Assembly (NCBI GenBank): GCA_037447605.1
Contig: CM074805.1
Coordinates: 4,249,361 to 4,313,360, forward strand
From: Zygnema circumcarinatum SAG 698-1b
Lineage: Eukaryota > Plantae > Zygnematophyceae
Reading direction: 5' to 3'
Length of the DNA: 64,000 nucleotides
Below, in pieces: positions 12,019 through 24,900 of this stretch (positions within the stretch are counted from its first letter, which is position 1; the number at the start of each line of letters is the position of its first letter). Made by a program: the position numbers and the translations under genes. The notes beneath the pieces were generated by a model, which saw nothing but the letters and a program-made list of their open reading frames with translations, was not told the DNA's origin and did no database searches.

Positions 12019-12935
12019 GTTAGGGAAGATGCTCAATCTCACAGCTGGGACCTTTTCTGTCATTGGAAACATAGAGGGGAGAAACTCTACGCATAGACGA
12101 AAGACATCACAATTAACCAAATCAAGAAGCTTCCTCTACGCCATTTGATTCCAGATGTGTGCTTGAGCCCCTTGAAGACATGCTATTGGAACATTTTTGC
12201 AAAGTCCATGGTGCTCTTGTGTGTACATTATGAAAGTTAACCTTTGCCAAAGTATAACATAACGATTATTAATGATTTGAGGCCAACGGATACATTTTCA
12301 TACCATAAGGGAAACATGCCTTCGCGCCATACCAGTGGAGTTTTAGGGTTTCTAGAGTCGCTGTAATTTGTTCTTTCCGTGTCTTTTAACTTAATGCAGC
12401 GTGCATTGCCATCTCTTCACAAAACCCTTACTTTATCTCCTCAATTCCTTACCTTAAGAAATGTCAAATCTTGAGCTCTGTCCGCCAATAGCTCACGACT
12501 CATGTTCAACAACAATAGACTCCAGTAAAAGCCGCAGCCGTCGACCCATGCAACTCTATGGAACTGTAACTGGAACTGTAACCACAACTGCGATCCAGTT
12601 TCTCACTTCTATAAATTTTGTCGTCTTGCGCTGCTCTATCTACCCTCCGTTCGGAACTGCGTTCCGTGATGTTGGAACGCCAGCGCTGACCCGTTCCGTT
12701 ACAGTTCAGTTGGAAGTTGCGTGATCCGCGCACGGATCGGCAGTTCAGTCAAGGGTCAAACCTGTCCCCGCTAGCAGGGACCGCCGGCGGCCGCGCCGAG
12801 TACGTGACGGCGTGTCACGCGGCCCCTGATAAGACGAGAGGGCGGGGGGGGAAGGGGGGTGAAAGACTGATGAGCTTGAGGTCGAGGCTGAGGGGGGGCA
12901 CTTGGGACTGGCGGCATCCGCCTCGACAGGGAGCG

Positions 12936-15900
12936 ATGGTGGGAAGGACTGTGACCGGCGGGGTGTGGCTAGTCCTCTGCATGGTGTTGCAAACCGGTGT
13001 GCTAGGTGAGGACGGTGGTGAGGGAGGTGTGAGGAGGCGTTGGGATACTGAAGGGAGGGTTATTTTTGGGTGCATGAGCATGTTAATCTTGGAGATTTTA
13101 AAAAAATGAACGAATTGCAGTGTGAACATTAAAATTGAAAAGCTTAGGTTTTGACCAAAAGTGCTGGTTTTGTCTGCACATTACTACACTTTTGAATAAG
13201 AAAATCTACCAATGGACGAGCGATGGAACTGGAGGACTTGCGACCACATGGAAGGATGTAGGGATCGAGGTTGTGTCACCACTCGGTTATCCTGAGTTTC
13301 ATGCCCATAAAGATGGTTATCCAAACCATCACCTAGCATTCATAGCTACAAAAAGCTACATGGGTATTGGTCGATGACATTTGCTGATCACCTACATTAG
13401 TTGATGCAAACTCTTACCGGCGGCTCTGCAGGATACGATGACCCATACATTCGCGACGCTGTGGAGGCCCCGCAAGTGAGCGCATACGACTACATTGTCG
13501 TGGGGGGAGGCGCCGCCGGCTGCCCTCTGGCGGCCACCCTGTCGGAGCAGTACTCCGTGCTCGTGCTGGAGCGAGGGGGCGTTCCGTACGACCAGGTACT
13601 GTAGCCGGGCTTGTCTTGTCTCCCTGCTCTTGCTATTCTGAGAGCCAAGTCAATAAGGGAGATCTGCTGAGGCAGCAAGTAAATTACGATTTTGCTGGGC
13701 CAGAGATCTGGGGATTGATAAAAGCCACTTTTTTCAATTTTGTAATTTCAGTTTGATTGTAGGCCTTAATCTCTTGATACAAGAGGACTAGCAGTTTTGA
13801 AGTGGGTTGTAGTAGAGTATAGATAACACTTTTCGTTTGCACAAAGTTAACAGTCTGCATCTATTAAAACGTTAGTTTCACCTACCTTCACCCGAAGACG
13901 CCACTTCACCAGCTCCTCGCCCGTGCGTCGTTTGCAGCCATCTGTGTATCGCTTAGAAGGATTCCCCTGGGTGTTAACCACGCCAGCTGCACAGTCATTC
14001 CGTTCCGTCGAAGGCGTTTCTAACCGGCGCGGACATGTTTTGGGAGGTGGATCTTCAGTGAACGCTGGCTTCTATAGGTAAGAAGCCGTGCACCCGCACA
14101 TGACTGAATTTCCGACATGTCTCCCAACTAGCCCTTCTATGACACGGTTTCATCTACACATCATGATTTCAGACTATTTCTGAAGAACTAGCTTGTCCTG
14201 TCAATGGTTGCAGCCGTGCAGACACAGGTTTTCTTCAACAAACAGGTTGGGACTTGGACGCAGTGAACTCGGCATATGAATGGGTGGAATCCCAAATAGT
14301 CTTCGATCCACCCGTGGGACGATGGCAAACAGCACTGGCACAAGGCCTGCTGGAAGCTGGGGTCGCTCCTTGGAATAACCGAAGCTTGGAGCACCTTATA
14401 GGGTCGAAAGTACGTGTGGCTATGGGATTGTAGACCTACAATGAGAAGTTTTACGACGCGACCTCCTCAAGAAGAGTAGTCATTTTAATTATTTATGAGT
14501 AGATTAACTGAAAGCTGTTGAGTACAAAGAAATTGTGGTGATATGGACTTGGCGAAAGGTGGTTCTTGACTGACAATATATCAGTGGCTCGGCTCGCAAC
14601 TTGCAGATTGGAAACACGATATTTGATTCCAATGGAACACGACATAGTTCTGCTGATCTTTTACGTTCAGGGAGCTCTGTAAACCTCGACGTTTACGTCT
14701 TTGCCGTCGTTCAGCGAATTCTGTTTGACACACTCGAAGGTAAAGCAAAATTGTTTTCGCTGAGTACTTACTTCAATTAACACCGATAAATAAAAACTCG
14801 GAGCTACAATCTACCTTCCCCTTTCGCTCATACTAAATTATAACGCTTTACCCTCTTGAATCAGATGGCCAGCCCAATGCCATTGGAGTGATATTCACAG
14901 ACAAAAACGGGACGACAAAAGTGGCCGTGTTGAAGAGTGGAGGAGAAGTCCTTCTCGCTGCGGGAGCTCTCGGCTCGCCACAGCTGCTCATGCTCAGTGG
15001 AATAGGGCCAATTGATGAGTTGGCAAAGCACAACATTCCCCTTGTTCTTGAGAAGCCGATGATCGGGCAGAGCATCACTGATGTTCCGATCAATGGCTTC
15101 GTTGTGAGTTCGCCATCAGCCGTGGAGCTCTCTTCACTTACCGTGAGTGGCCTACCCTGTAAATGATGCTGAGATTCCATTGGACTAGTGTTTTCTTGCT
15201 AAAGAACTGACGACTAGTTGCAACTTCACCTAAAGTTTGGCAATGTAACTTCACTGCATAAATAAAAATTACCTCTTTGTTACCCTACCCGTCTGGATCG
15301 CTTACGATAGCAAGTTGGGTGTACCTCCATTGGAGACTAACCGAGACAAAATCCAATGAAGTGCAGGTGGTCGGTATTTCTGAGTATGGCAACATTATTG
15401 AAGGAGCGAGCGGAGGAAATTCATCAACTGTTTGGGAACAAGCGGGACTTGATGTCACTAATCCACCTGCATTGAGATCAGATTCGCGCGCCTCAATGTT
15501 GGCAACCATCCTACCAGTCCTCCCTCCCAGCTGGATTAACTTGATGAACCAAGGAGCTTTCATCCTCAGCAAGGTCAGTCTACGTCAGAAGGATACTTCA
15601 GTGTATCTGAATCGACCTTTCTAGAACGGTTTTGTTATTCTTTCGCTCTGATTCTGTTGCAGCTGTGTTGAGTCATGTCTGCAGGAGTGTTCCTCAGATT
15701 TGGATGAACTTATCTGACTCCTCTGAGCATGTACTTCGTCCATTTCTTTGGGCCTTTTTTCGGTTGTATTTTCTGAAGGTATTTCGCCCGACTTCCCGTG
15801 GGACGTTGACGCTGAATAACACGGACATAACACAAAACCCTATTGTTCGGTACAACTATTATAGCACTCAAGAAGACATAGATGTCTGTGTCAACGGCTC

Positions 15901-16721
15901 TCGCATACTCAACAAGCTGGTCAACTCCACAGCATTTTCCGATTTCCGATACACCTCCGTTCCAGCACCTCTTCGGTGAGGTCAAAATGTGTTACCTTGG
16001 GAACTAAAGTAGTGGATCAACAATTTGATCATTTTCCTCGTTTTTTTGACTGGGCTTGAATTCAATTGAGACTTTCGAGCGGTTACCTGAAGTGCTTCTC
16101 CAACATTTCTTCCCCTCGGGCATTTGCAGAGTTATTTTTCCACAGCTCGCCGCCGTCCAGGATGGGCAGTTCGTTGGAACATATCCTCTCCTCCCAGATC
16201 CTGAAAACTATACCGCGGCCGCACAATGGTGCAAGGTGAGGTACATAGCAAGCATTCACTTATCCAACACAGGAACCATACCCTTGTGTACACTTGAGCA
16301 CGGCCAATCAACACTATGTGCAATCAGATCCTAATGAATGCAACTGCCATGCAAGCCAGGACACCGTGGGAGTGATTTGGCACTTCCATGGCGGGTGCCA
16401 ACGAGGGGACTGCGTGGACGAGGAGTACCGCCTCGTGGGCGCGCAGTCCCTCCGCGTCATCGACGGCTCCACGTGGCTCACCTCTCCAGGCACCAATCCG
16501 CAGGCGACAGTCATGATGCTCGGACGGTACGCGCCCGCCTCGACCTCCCCCTGCACTGGAAGCTTTCTCCTGCTCCATCTCCCTCTCCCTCTCCCGCTCC
16601 TGCTCCTGCTGCTGGGGGGGCAGAGGGCCTCCAGGGCCAGCGTTGACACGCCGTCCCGGCGTGGTGCGGGAGCAGGTACCAGGGCCAGAGGATCCTCGCA
16701 GGGCGGCAGGCACCGAGCTGA
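12936..16721 (+). CDS. GMC oxidoreductase, HOTHEAD-like, secreted, copy 2 (~567 aa). Exons 12936-13005, 13432-13595, 13938-14077, 14214-14409, 14607-14739, 14865-15142, 15367-15573, 15779-15975, 16130-16235, 16360-16526, 16676-16721
   Basis: It has a signal-peptide-like exon 1, [23 protein letters not shown]. Exons 2-11 have exactly the same lengths and phases as copy 1 and carry the same FAD and active-site motifs, ending [15 protein letters not shown]. Confidence 0.93.
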
Positions 16722-18520
16722 GGGCTCGTCCGCCGCGTGCATTCGCTGCTGAGAAGGAACAATGAGCGCTCAACAACTGTCATATGCCACCATAAGTCGA
16801 GCTGGCTCGATTTTGGGGAAGTCAACAGAGAGGGCGTTAGGTTGGGACTGCGCTCGAGTTTTAGCTAAGATGTCGCTGAGAGAGGATGCGGGTGCGAAAA
16901 GATTGGCATCGCTTAGTCTTTAGGATCGTTTTGGAATCGTTCCAGATAATTGGACGATAACCTTTGTCAAATGAGGTTTTTCCGAAGATAGTCCCCTCTC
17001 CCTCTCCCGAAGTAGCCGTCTCAATCATTGAATCTTTTACCCTTGTCCAGCGACGTCATGTTTGACAAATTAAAATATGAACGCATAGAAAACTTTTCGG
17101 AGGAAATAGCTTTCCCGTTCCTTCTCCTTCTCTTTCCTTTCCTGTCCCTTCCCATTCTTGCAACTGTTCTATGCAGTGGTGCCATGAAAAGGTGCCGACA
17201 ATCGACCTAAAGTGGGGAACGATTTGGCATTGAGCTCATGATGGCTGATAGTCTAGAAGTAGCCAAAACAATACTACGAGCACTCTCTGGGACAGATGAC
17301 TCAGGCAAAACATGGCATCAAAAGTTGCTGTAAGTTCAAAAGGGCTCACAAAGCTAACAGACAATCAGAATATGAAAGGCAGAAACGAAAACGTATAACA
17401 TTCCATACTTACCTAAAATCGTATTGTAAGACTGTTCCGCCAAAACTAGTGAGTGGATGACGAGGAGTAGATGAGCCAAAACTTTGTAGCATTGCGCAGT
17501 CAATCTCAGTTCAAGGGGGGGAGCGGAGTACCTCCAACGCCTTCTTCACTTAGCTCCAAACTCTCCTCGCTATTGACTACATGACCCTCAGCAGTGCCCT
17601 TATTCGGCCTCTATCTCTCCCTTTGATGAAAACTTCTGTTGCACTCACTTCATTCTCCGCTGCTGAAGCTGTTTTCGCCACAGTTGGTTCGGACCATGGA
17701 GCGCTCTCCGGCTTTCACTTCCACTTTTCCTTGCCATCTTCGTCAGGCACAAGCTTTCCAATAGCATTACGCGGAGAGACTAACCGGCTATACGTCCATT
17801 CATTTTATCCTTGCACTCCGCCTCCCACTCTGTTCGAAGTGCAAAAAAAACACGCGTCTATTCTTGCTCTTTCCTTAGGCAGATTCCAGCAGAAATGTAA
17901 GTCTTCAAGTGCCAGCACTGCATTTTCAAACCCTGAAAAACGACAAGCCTACAAAAATTCGGTCAGCAAACTCAACAACACGCGTGTAGCGCTTTGCTTC
18001 AAGCTGACATAGTCAGCCAGAAATACAAACCTGTACAAAAGAACACATACAGTACGTCCCAGTCATTTTTTGCGCTGCGCCTCCTACACGGCCAGCGCCT
18101 ACGCTCATTCCCTCCACTCCTCCAAGGTCCCTCTTTGACTCCCTCCCTCGGCTTCCAAGCAAAAGCTTCCAGCAACAGGAATGCCAAAATGCCAGGAATC
18201 GCCAACCGGGTTTCTGGTTAGAAACTAGGTCGCGTCAACCTTGGACTTGTCCTGACTCCCGAAAAAATAGATATCAAAACCAGTACACATTGCTGCGAAA
18301 TACGTATTGAGATTGGACTTTGAAAGTATTGGTTCGACAAAATGTTGAACCGGCAGCTGTAGAAGTACCGTAGTTTATCGAGAAGTGGAGAAATTCAAGA
18401 GACGTTGAATCAAAAGTTGGGTACAAATCCCCTTCCAGCGCCCGCCCGGCCCCCCCTCCAGATGTTTATTTTCTGTTCGGGTACAAACGGCGTAGCCCGT
18501 TCAACGCATATTTTTGGACC

Positions 18521-18563
18521 GCCACGTGGTGCGTCCGGAGTGGCCGACGAGGTGCCACGTGGC
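18521..18563. promoter_or_regulatory. Two G-boxes (GCCACGTGG) ~410-450 bp upstream of the USP start codon
   Basis: gccacgtggt at 18521 and gccacgtggc at 18554; function inferred from the motif only. Confidence 0.5.
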
Positions 18564-18972
18564 TGTTGTAAGCGCTTCTCGGGCCGGCTGGTCACACACG
18601 GCATCCATCCCCCCATACATACATACATGCATCCATGCATGGACATATACATACTTACGCCCTCCATCCACCCGCGCGCGGTTGCTGCTCTGCTTGGAAT
18701 GGCGAGGCTGCTTGCAAGGGAGCTCGGCTCGGGGCTGGCTATGGCGGGCGGTGCATGAACGTATGTATGGGTGATGGAAGGCTGGCGCGCGACGCCTCCG
18801 GCGAGGGAGGGCTCCGCGGGTGGAGCTTGAGGGTGGGAGGGGGGAGAGAGAGGGAAAAGGGACGGGAGGAGATAGGGGAAGTGTCAACGGGAGGAGTGTT
18901 GGAGTTTCATAGAGTGAGGAGTGGGAGAGGAGGAGGAGCCGGTAGGGAAATAGGAGGGAGGTTTTCTGGAGA

Positions 18973-21900
18973 ATGGAGCAAGGTTGGGATGTAGAAACAA
19001 TCAGACAGGAAGAGAACCAGGCTTGGGATTCACAGAGCAGTGACGAGGAATCGTCAGAGTACGACTCGCGAGCAGACATGCCTATTCAGCCGCAGGATAT
19101 CGAGCTGGAGGATGTGGATGAATTTACGCGGGAGGAGCTTGGTATTGTCATGGATGGATTGGCGAAGTGGCCGTGGACGGTGTATCCCAATCACTTGCAG
19201 CAGTGCCTTGTAGCAGCCGCGAAGATTGTTAAGGCTGGGCATGAGGAAAGCAGTCCGGACAAGCGGAGGCTGCAGACTTTGTTTCGAGAAGCAGTGCCGA
19301 ATGTGTTTGAGAAGTGCTTGGATGACAAGGCAATCTGGAAGTGGAACGAGGATATTCACGCGCACATTCTGGAAGCGCTGCTGCGGCTGATGGATGTGGT
19401 TGTTTTGAAGGCTCCTCAGCTGCTCGGGGAAAATTCGGAAGCTGAAGAAGTCGTCGTCATATTGTTAAAGGCCCTAGCTATGGGCTTTGATAAGAATTGC
19501 CAATACCATATCAAACATAAAGAGCAGAATTTGTTAGCTTCAGACTTGAAGTTTCCGCATGGTTTTGCCACACCCATACCTGGATTGCCGGTGAAGCTGA
19601 AGAACGGAGAATGGTATTGTGTCGCAAGGAGGGCACAAGTCCGGCAAGTTGATGGCTGTGAATGTACGAGATGCAGGCCTCCGGATGTATACTGCTGGCT
19701 ATCGTATTGCTTGAACTATTTTGGGCAGACGACTTATGGAAACGGCTATTCAGTCCTCCTCAGTGTTTTGGCCAAGCCAGAAAAATTGTCTCCCACTGTG
19801 ATGGAAGCTGTTCTTCAACCAGTTGCCCGAGCTGCCGAGTTCTTAACAGACGACGCTGCCGCTCTTTTTATGGAGGTAGGTTTGGCAATGCTCTCTTTAC
19901 CTATCACTGGAATTAATTGCTAAATTGTATACTAATGATGTCACCCTGAGCCTCTGATCAATGCTGCTTGTTTCCTTTTCGCTGATTGGAAGGACGGTCT
20001 CCATTTTTTGCTTTTAGCTACTTCAAGAGAAATTCGCTGCTGTTTTCCAGCTCAGCTTATGGTCATTGCCATAAGCCCTCCTTGATTTTGAGAATTAGTC
20101 GCTACACTTTTTGCATGTATTTCTCTCTCTATTATATTCCAATTTTATTCTGTTAGCTTAAAGTCATTTTTTCCCACATGCAATTAGAGTAACCAGAAAG
20201 GCTGATTTTTCATACGCCATCAACCTCGGTTTCTGAGGAAATCCTTTTTTTTCTTTTTCCTTCAACGTGGATTATTCGCTGCAGCCTTCCAGGAATGTTC
20301 TCCAGTTTGTCGCGGAAAATTTGGAACGGGATGTAGACACATTAAGCGATAAGACTAGAGATGGTACCTTTGGAGCTCTTTCCCTTATTTTGAAGCATCT
20401 TCAAGCCTTGATTGGTCGAAGCATCTCTGTTGAGGAGGCAGAGAGCATGGTCAGCGGAGTCCAACGGCGAATGGTCGAACGGATGCTGGGCTTTCCTTCT
20501 TTCAACAAACAATTGAGCGCAGTTCGCGAAATAAATAAATTACTCGAAAATTCTCGTGCAATAGCTTCCAGGTGGGCAGGGTGCTTCCAGGTTTGAGGCA
20601 TAAGCTGGTACAGTCACTTCAAAATGATTGTGTTGCGTTAGTATGTGAACTTCACTCTACGTTCTAAGCGTAGGCAGTATGTAGTTTGTTTTTGGGTGAT
20701 TGTGATTCCCAGCACTTCCGAATGAGCAAATCATGTCCGAACTCTCCCAATTGTGGCACGAAGGGGATAGCAGCAGCTCATCATTTGCTTCAAGTTGTCC
20801 GTTGCTCAGTGTTTGAATCGTTTCTTCTGTTGTGCAGAGATGATGGGAAATCTGTTGAAACGACGATAGAGTGGTTGGAAAAAAATGATATTCTACGACA
20901 TGTTTTACGATCTCATTTGCATCACAAGCAGTATGTAGATCAGGTACTAGGCTAAAACTATGTGAATTTGGTGATTCGCTCCCGTCAGACTTTGGCGATA
21001 CTTGCGCTTGCAGCCAGTTGCCATATGCTATAGAATGTCAGTTTGGGTAGTGCTGTACCATGTACTTCCCGCCGGTTTTCTTTCCTTTCAGTCATCACAA
21101 AAGTCTTTGTTATATTGAGTTCCTTTTGGTTGTCTGATCTTCAGCCATTGGCATATTTGTGTCGGACGTCAGTGATTCTAGAGATAAACGATGGCAAATA
21201 CCTCAATATGGTGGTTCACAGGTGGAAAAGATAATGAAGTTCCTCCTAGTGGAGAGGCGTCTCTCCGAGGAACACCTTGATGCTATTTGGGCTGCGACAG
21301 AGAAACCTGACCAGTTTGAAGCGGTAGGTGCTTTTGAGCTTGTCTTCATCCAACAACAACCATGGTGAGGTCATGGTGTATTCGCTGGTCTAGGTTATCG
21401 TTGCTACTGACATTTTGTGATATTAGTTACAAATGCTGTTTTGTTAACCTTTAATTGGTTATTCGGCGAGTGGGCTTTTTGCATTCATAATGCAGTGTAC
21501 TTGATGTATTATTGTGGTTTTGTTGAGTGCCAGGTGAAGAATAACATATTCGACCTTTTGGCAGACTTAGCCTGGTCATTCTCGGACGAGCAGCTGGATA
21601 GTCTGTTTGGTCGCTTTGAACGAAGCCAGGTATGTGACTCTGAATCTGCTAGCAGATGCTTATACTTGTTTCAGGTAACTCTATTTACGGTTGGACTTCT
21701 TGTTGAAACTTTTGTTAGTTGATTTGGGCTATCTTTGACAGTGACATTCCTTTCCTTCTACGCACGATTCTCAATGTAAGACGTCATTGCTGTGCAGGGT
21801 CGTACAACTGCTGATATCGTAAAGATCCTTCAGCTTGTGAAGAAACTCGCACGAAGCGACACAAAAGGAAACATGGCCGAAAGGTTGCCACCATTGGTTC

Positions 21901-24900
21901 ACCTTTTTTGCAGCAAATGTACCAATTGGTGATATGCTGGTTTAGAGTTAGAATGCATTATATCTGTGAGAAGGAGATTTTGGTAGTGAATAGTACGAGT
22001 TGTGAGTTTTGCCCTCATGCACTGTCACATGCATGGATAAGTGTTGCACTTCCAGACCTTCTGATCTCTCCTGTAGAAGATTTATTACTAATTGAAGTGA
22101 AAGTCTACATCCTGCAGGCTTTTGGAGCTTTTGTGGAACATGCTTCATTCAGGAGAGGCGCCAACAGAGGTTCTAGAGTCTGGTGCTCTAACTGAGATTC
22201 TTGGGCATTATGATTCTGTGCAATGTGCTAGCAAAACAGTAAGTCCCAAACCATGGTCTTGAAGTCTTGTTCCTGGATCAAACTGTTGCCGGCTAACGCT
22301 GCCTTCCATAATCTGTACAAATATCTATCGCGGATGAGCGTGAATCCCTCTAGCTCTCTATAGATTTGTTTGGGAAGTCTTGTCTGAACCTCTGTGAAGC
22401 CGCCAACTGTCATGTATGAAGGTCGAGGTAGTTCGCCAGATGGGCGGATCTGTGAGAAAAAGTGTTTGCTTCCATTTCCCGGGCCTTGCAGGGGAGTGGA
22501 CAACTCTAGTCGCCATATCTGGTCTATTCCTTGGTTGATGCACTGAGTATTGGTCGAAACTACCCTCTGTATAATGTCGTTAACTAGCCGTTGTGATACA
22601 ACATGCAGGTGTACATACAAAGATGCCTTGACATGATTGAAGCCGGGAAACCTGTGATACCCTCACTTCGCCTGTTGAGAGAGATTGTGATGCTGGATCA
22701 AGAGGAGCCAATGTTCCAGGTGAGTTTTTTTGGGGCACAGACAAAATCTTTTAGGGCTAACATTCGGACGATTGCAAATGGACTTTTCACTTGCACATTT
22801 TGTATGGAAAAATAGCTTAAGGATGTTCTTCTGTTCTAGTTTGCCAGGGTCAAGGGTCGTACTGTGTGGATACATAATAGGACTTCTCAAGTGTGTACGA
22901 GAATCTCAATTTCCAGTCAGGCCTTCGCAAGTATCTTCATATTTATCTTTTCTTTTATAGAAGGGGATTACCCATTAAAACACGCATTTACTAGTGTTTG
23001 TTCTGCATGTGTTCTTGTTTATTTTGGACTGAGTGTCAGGCGTATTTTGAATTTTGGTGTGATCAACCTCAATTGAAACTATGTTCAATGCAGAATGATA
23101 TTCCACGGCAGACACGGCTTCAACAACTAGACAATGAACATGGACTCGTTGCATTGGTATGTGACATATGTTCAGAAGTAATTGATGCTGTAGTTTTAGA
23201 TAATAAGCCCGAATGAACAAGACGACTGCTGCACTCAAGCTGCCTGCAGAAAGGAGAGAATGTCTGTGAATAGCACATGGATGCTTTTTTAGATTGCCAG
23301 ATTGGCTACGTACCCAACTCAAACTGTCGTCACATTTTTTGAGTAACATGTTATGTCCTTCGGGAATGCAGGTTGTAAGATCATTGGATTTGTACTTGGA
23401 TGTGGCAAAGAAGTGCCCAGAGGATATGCTGAGCGGCAAAGTGAAGGGCGTTTCACCGCTGATTGATGGTGTCTTCACTCATGAACAGCATGTGGGGGAG
23501 CGCTTGGACTTTCTTCTCTGGGTTTTCCAGGTCAGTAGTGAGCAGGACATGATTAGTGCGTGTTATTGCTATTTCTTTTGAGTTTTCATCATCTTACCAG
23601 TTTTGGCTTGAACTATGGCTGCTCACCACTGGATAATTTTGTTCAACTGGTGACATACCCTGCCTCTATGCCTGACAACATTTTTAGTTTTGCATGAAGG
23701 CTCATGCAGTATGCTGTCATTCTAGGTACTGGGGAGTACTTGCTTGTGTTTCATGTAGTCCATGGTGTCCAGTGAAAGTCTGATTGCAGCATAGAGATTG
23801 AGCTGGTTGGCAGACCGGCGGCATCAAACTGGAATGGCCACTAGCGGACAAAATATGGGCCCGCTTGGTAGAGAACCCGGTGGTGGCTGCAGACAGAGAG
23901 AGAGGCCTCCTCTGGTTTTGTGAGGCTCTGGGAAATAAGTGGCCATCCTTGACTACTGAGGCTCAGGCAGAGCTCCTTTCACAAAGGCTATGTACCATGG
24001 ATCCGGCTTCACTAACGATCACGGCTTGGAGGTATTTCACTTGAATTCCATTTCCATAAGCCGGTTTGAATTTAGACTGATTTCCACAAACTGTGAACAT
24101 GTGGAGGTCAATGGTCTGAGTGGCAGTGGGTAAACAACAGAAGTGCGCATATATGGGACGGGTAATTGGACACAAGCATAAGCAAATATAATTATAGATG
24201 TATCCTTATGCAGGAACCATGAAGTCTACCCTGTTTGCATTGGGTTAACTTGTTTCCTTGGCATACGTGCTGGCAGATGCTTTCAGCGCCTATTTCTGTG
24301 GGTGAACTTAGACAGAAAGAAGTTAAAACATCCTCGGAATGACAACTCCACTGTCACGGTTGACCTTAATTTGGAAGGTCTCCATTACACGTGGAAAATA
24401 GCTCTGCATACTACGGTGGAGGACATTGTTGATGAATGCATCCATTTTCTTCGAGATGTTCATACTTGCCTTGCTGAAAACTTGGAGGTCAGTTTCATAC
24501 CTTCCTAAAGCTGCGCTGCCCGCACATCTCGACTATAATGCCTTTACCAAACTTCTCCATTGTGTGGTAGCATGCTGTGGTATCCTACCAAGGTGGCGGT
24601 TGTGAATGAGTGTCGACTTTCTTTACCTCGACAGCAATACCAATTTCTTGAACTTCGAGCATGCGGGGTCCGAGACTGACGTACACATTATGGATGGTTG
24701 GTTGATCAGGCAGATGTTGTACAGATAAGGCAGCAATTTGTCAATGAATGTCTACAGCATCTTTCTGTCGCTGTAGTGGCCAGTGGCATCTCAGTCGGTG
24801 GAGAAGTAGGAAGCTGTAGCAGGGGTAGTGAGGGAGATGGGGATGACAAGAGCAGTGTAAAGAACATGGAGATTGGTGAACACGAAGATGGGGGTGTAAC

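Noticed and set aside
13135-13377. Protein-like 80-aa ORF inside GMC copy 2 intron 1
   Set aside because: It has no phase-compatible splice sites for inclusion, ends in a stop, has no counterpart in copy 1 and matches no family I recognise. At most it is a decayed insertion.
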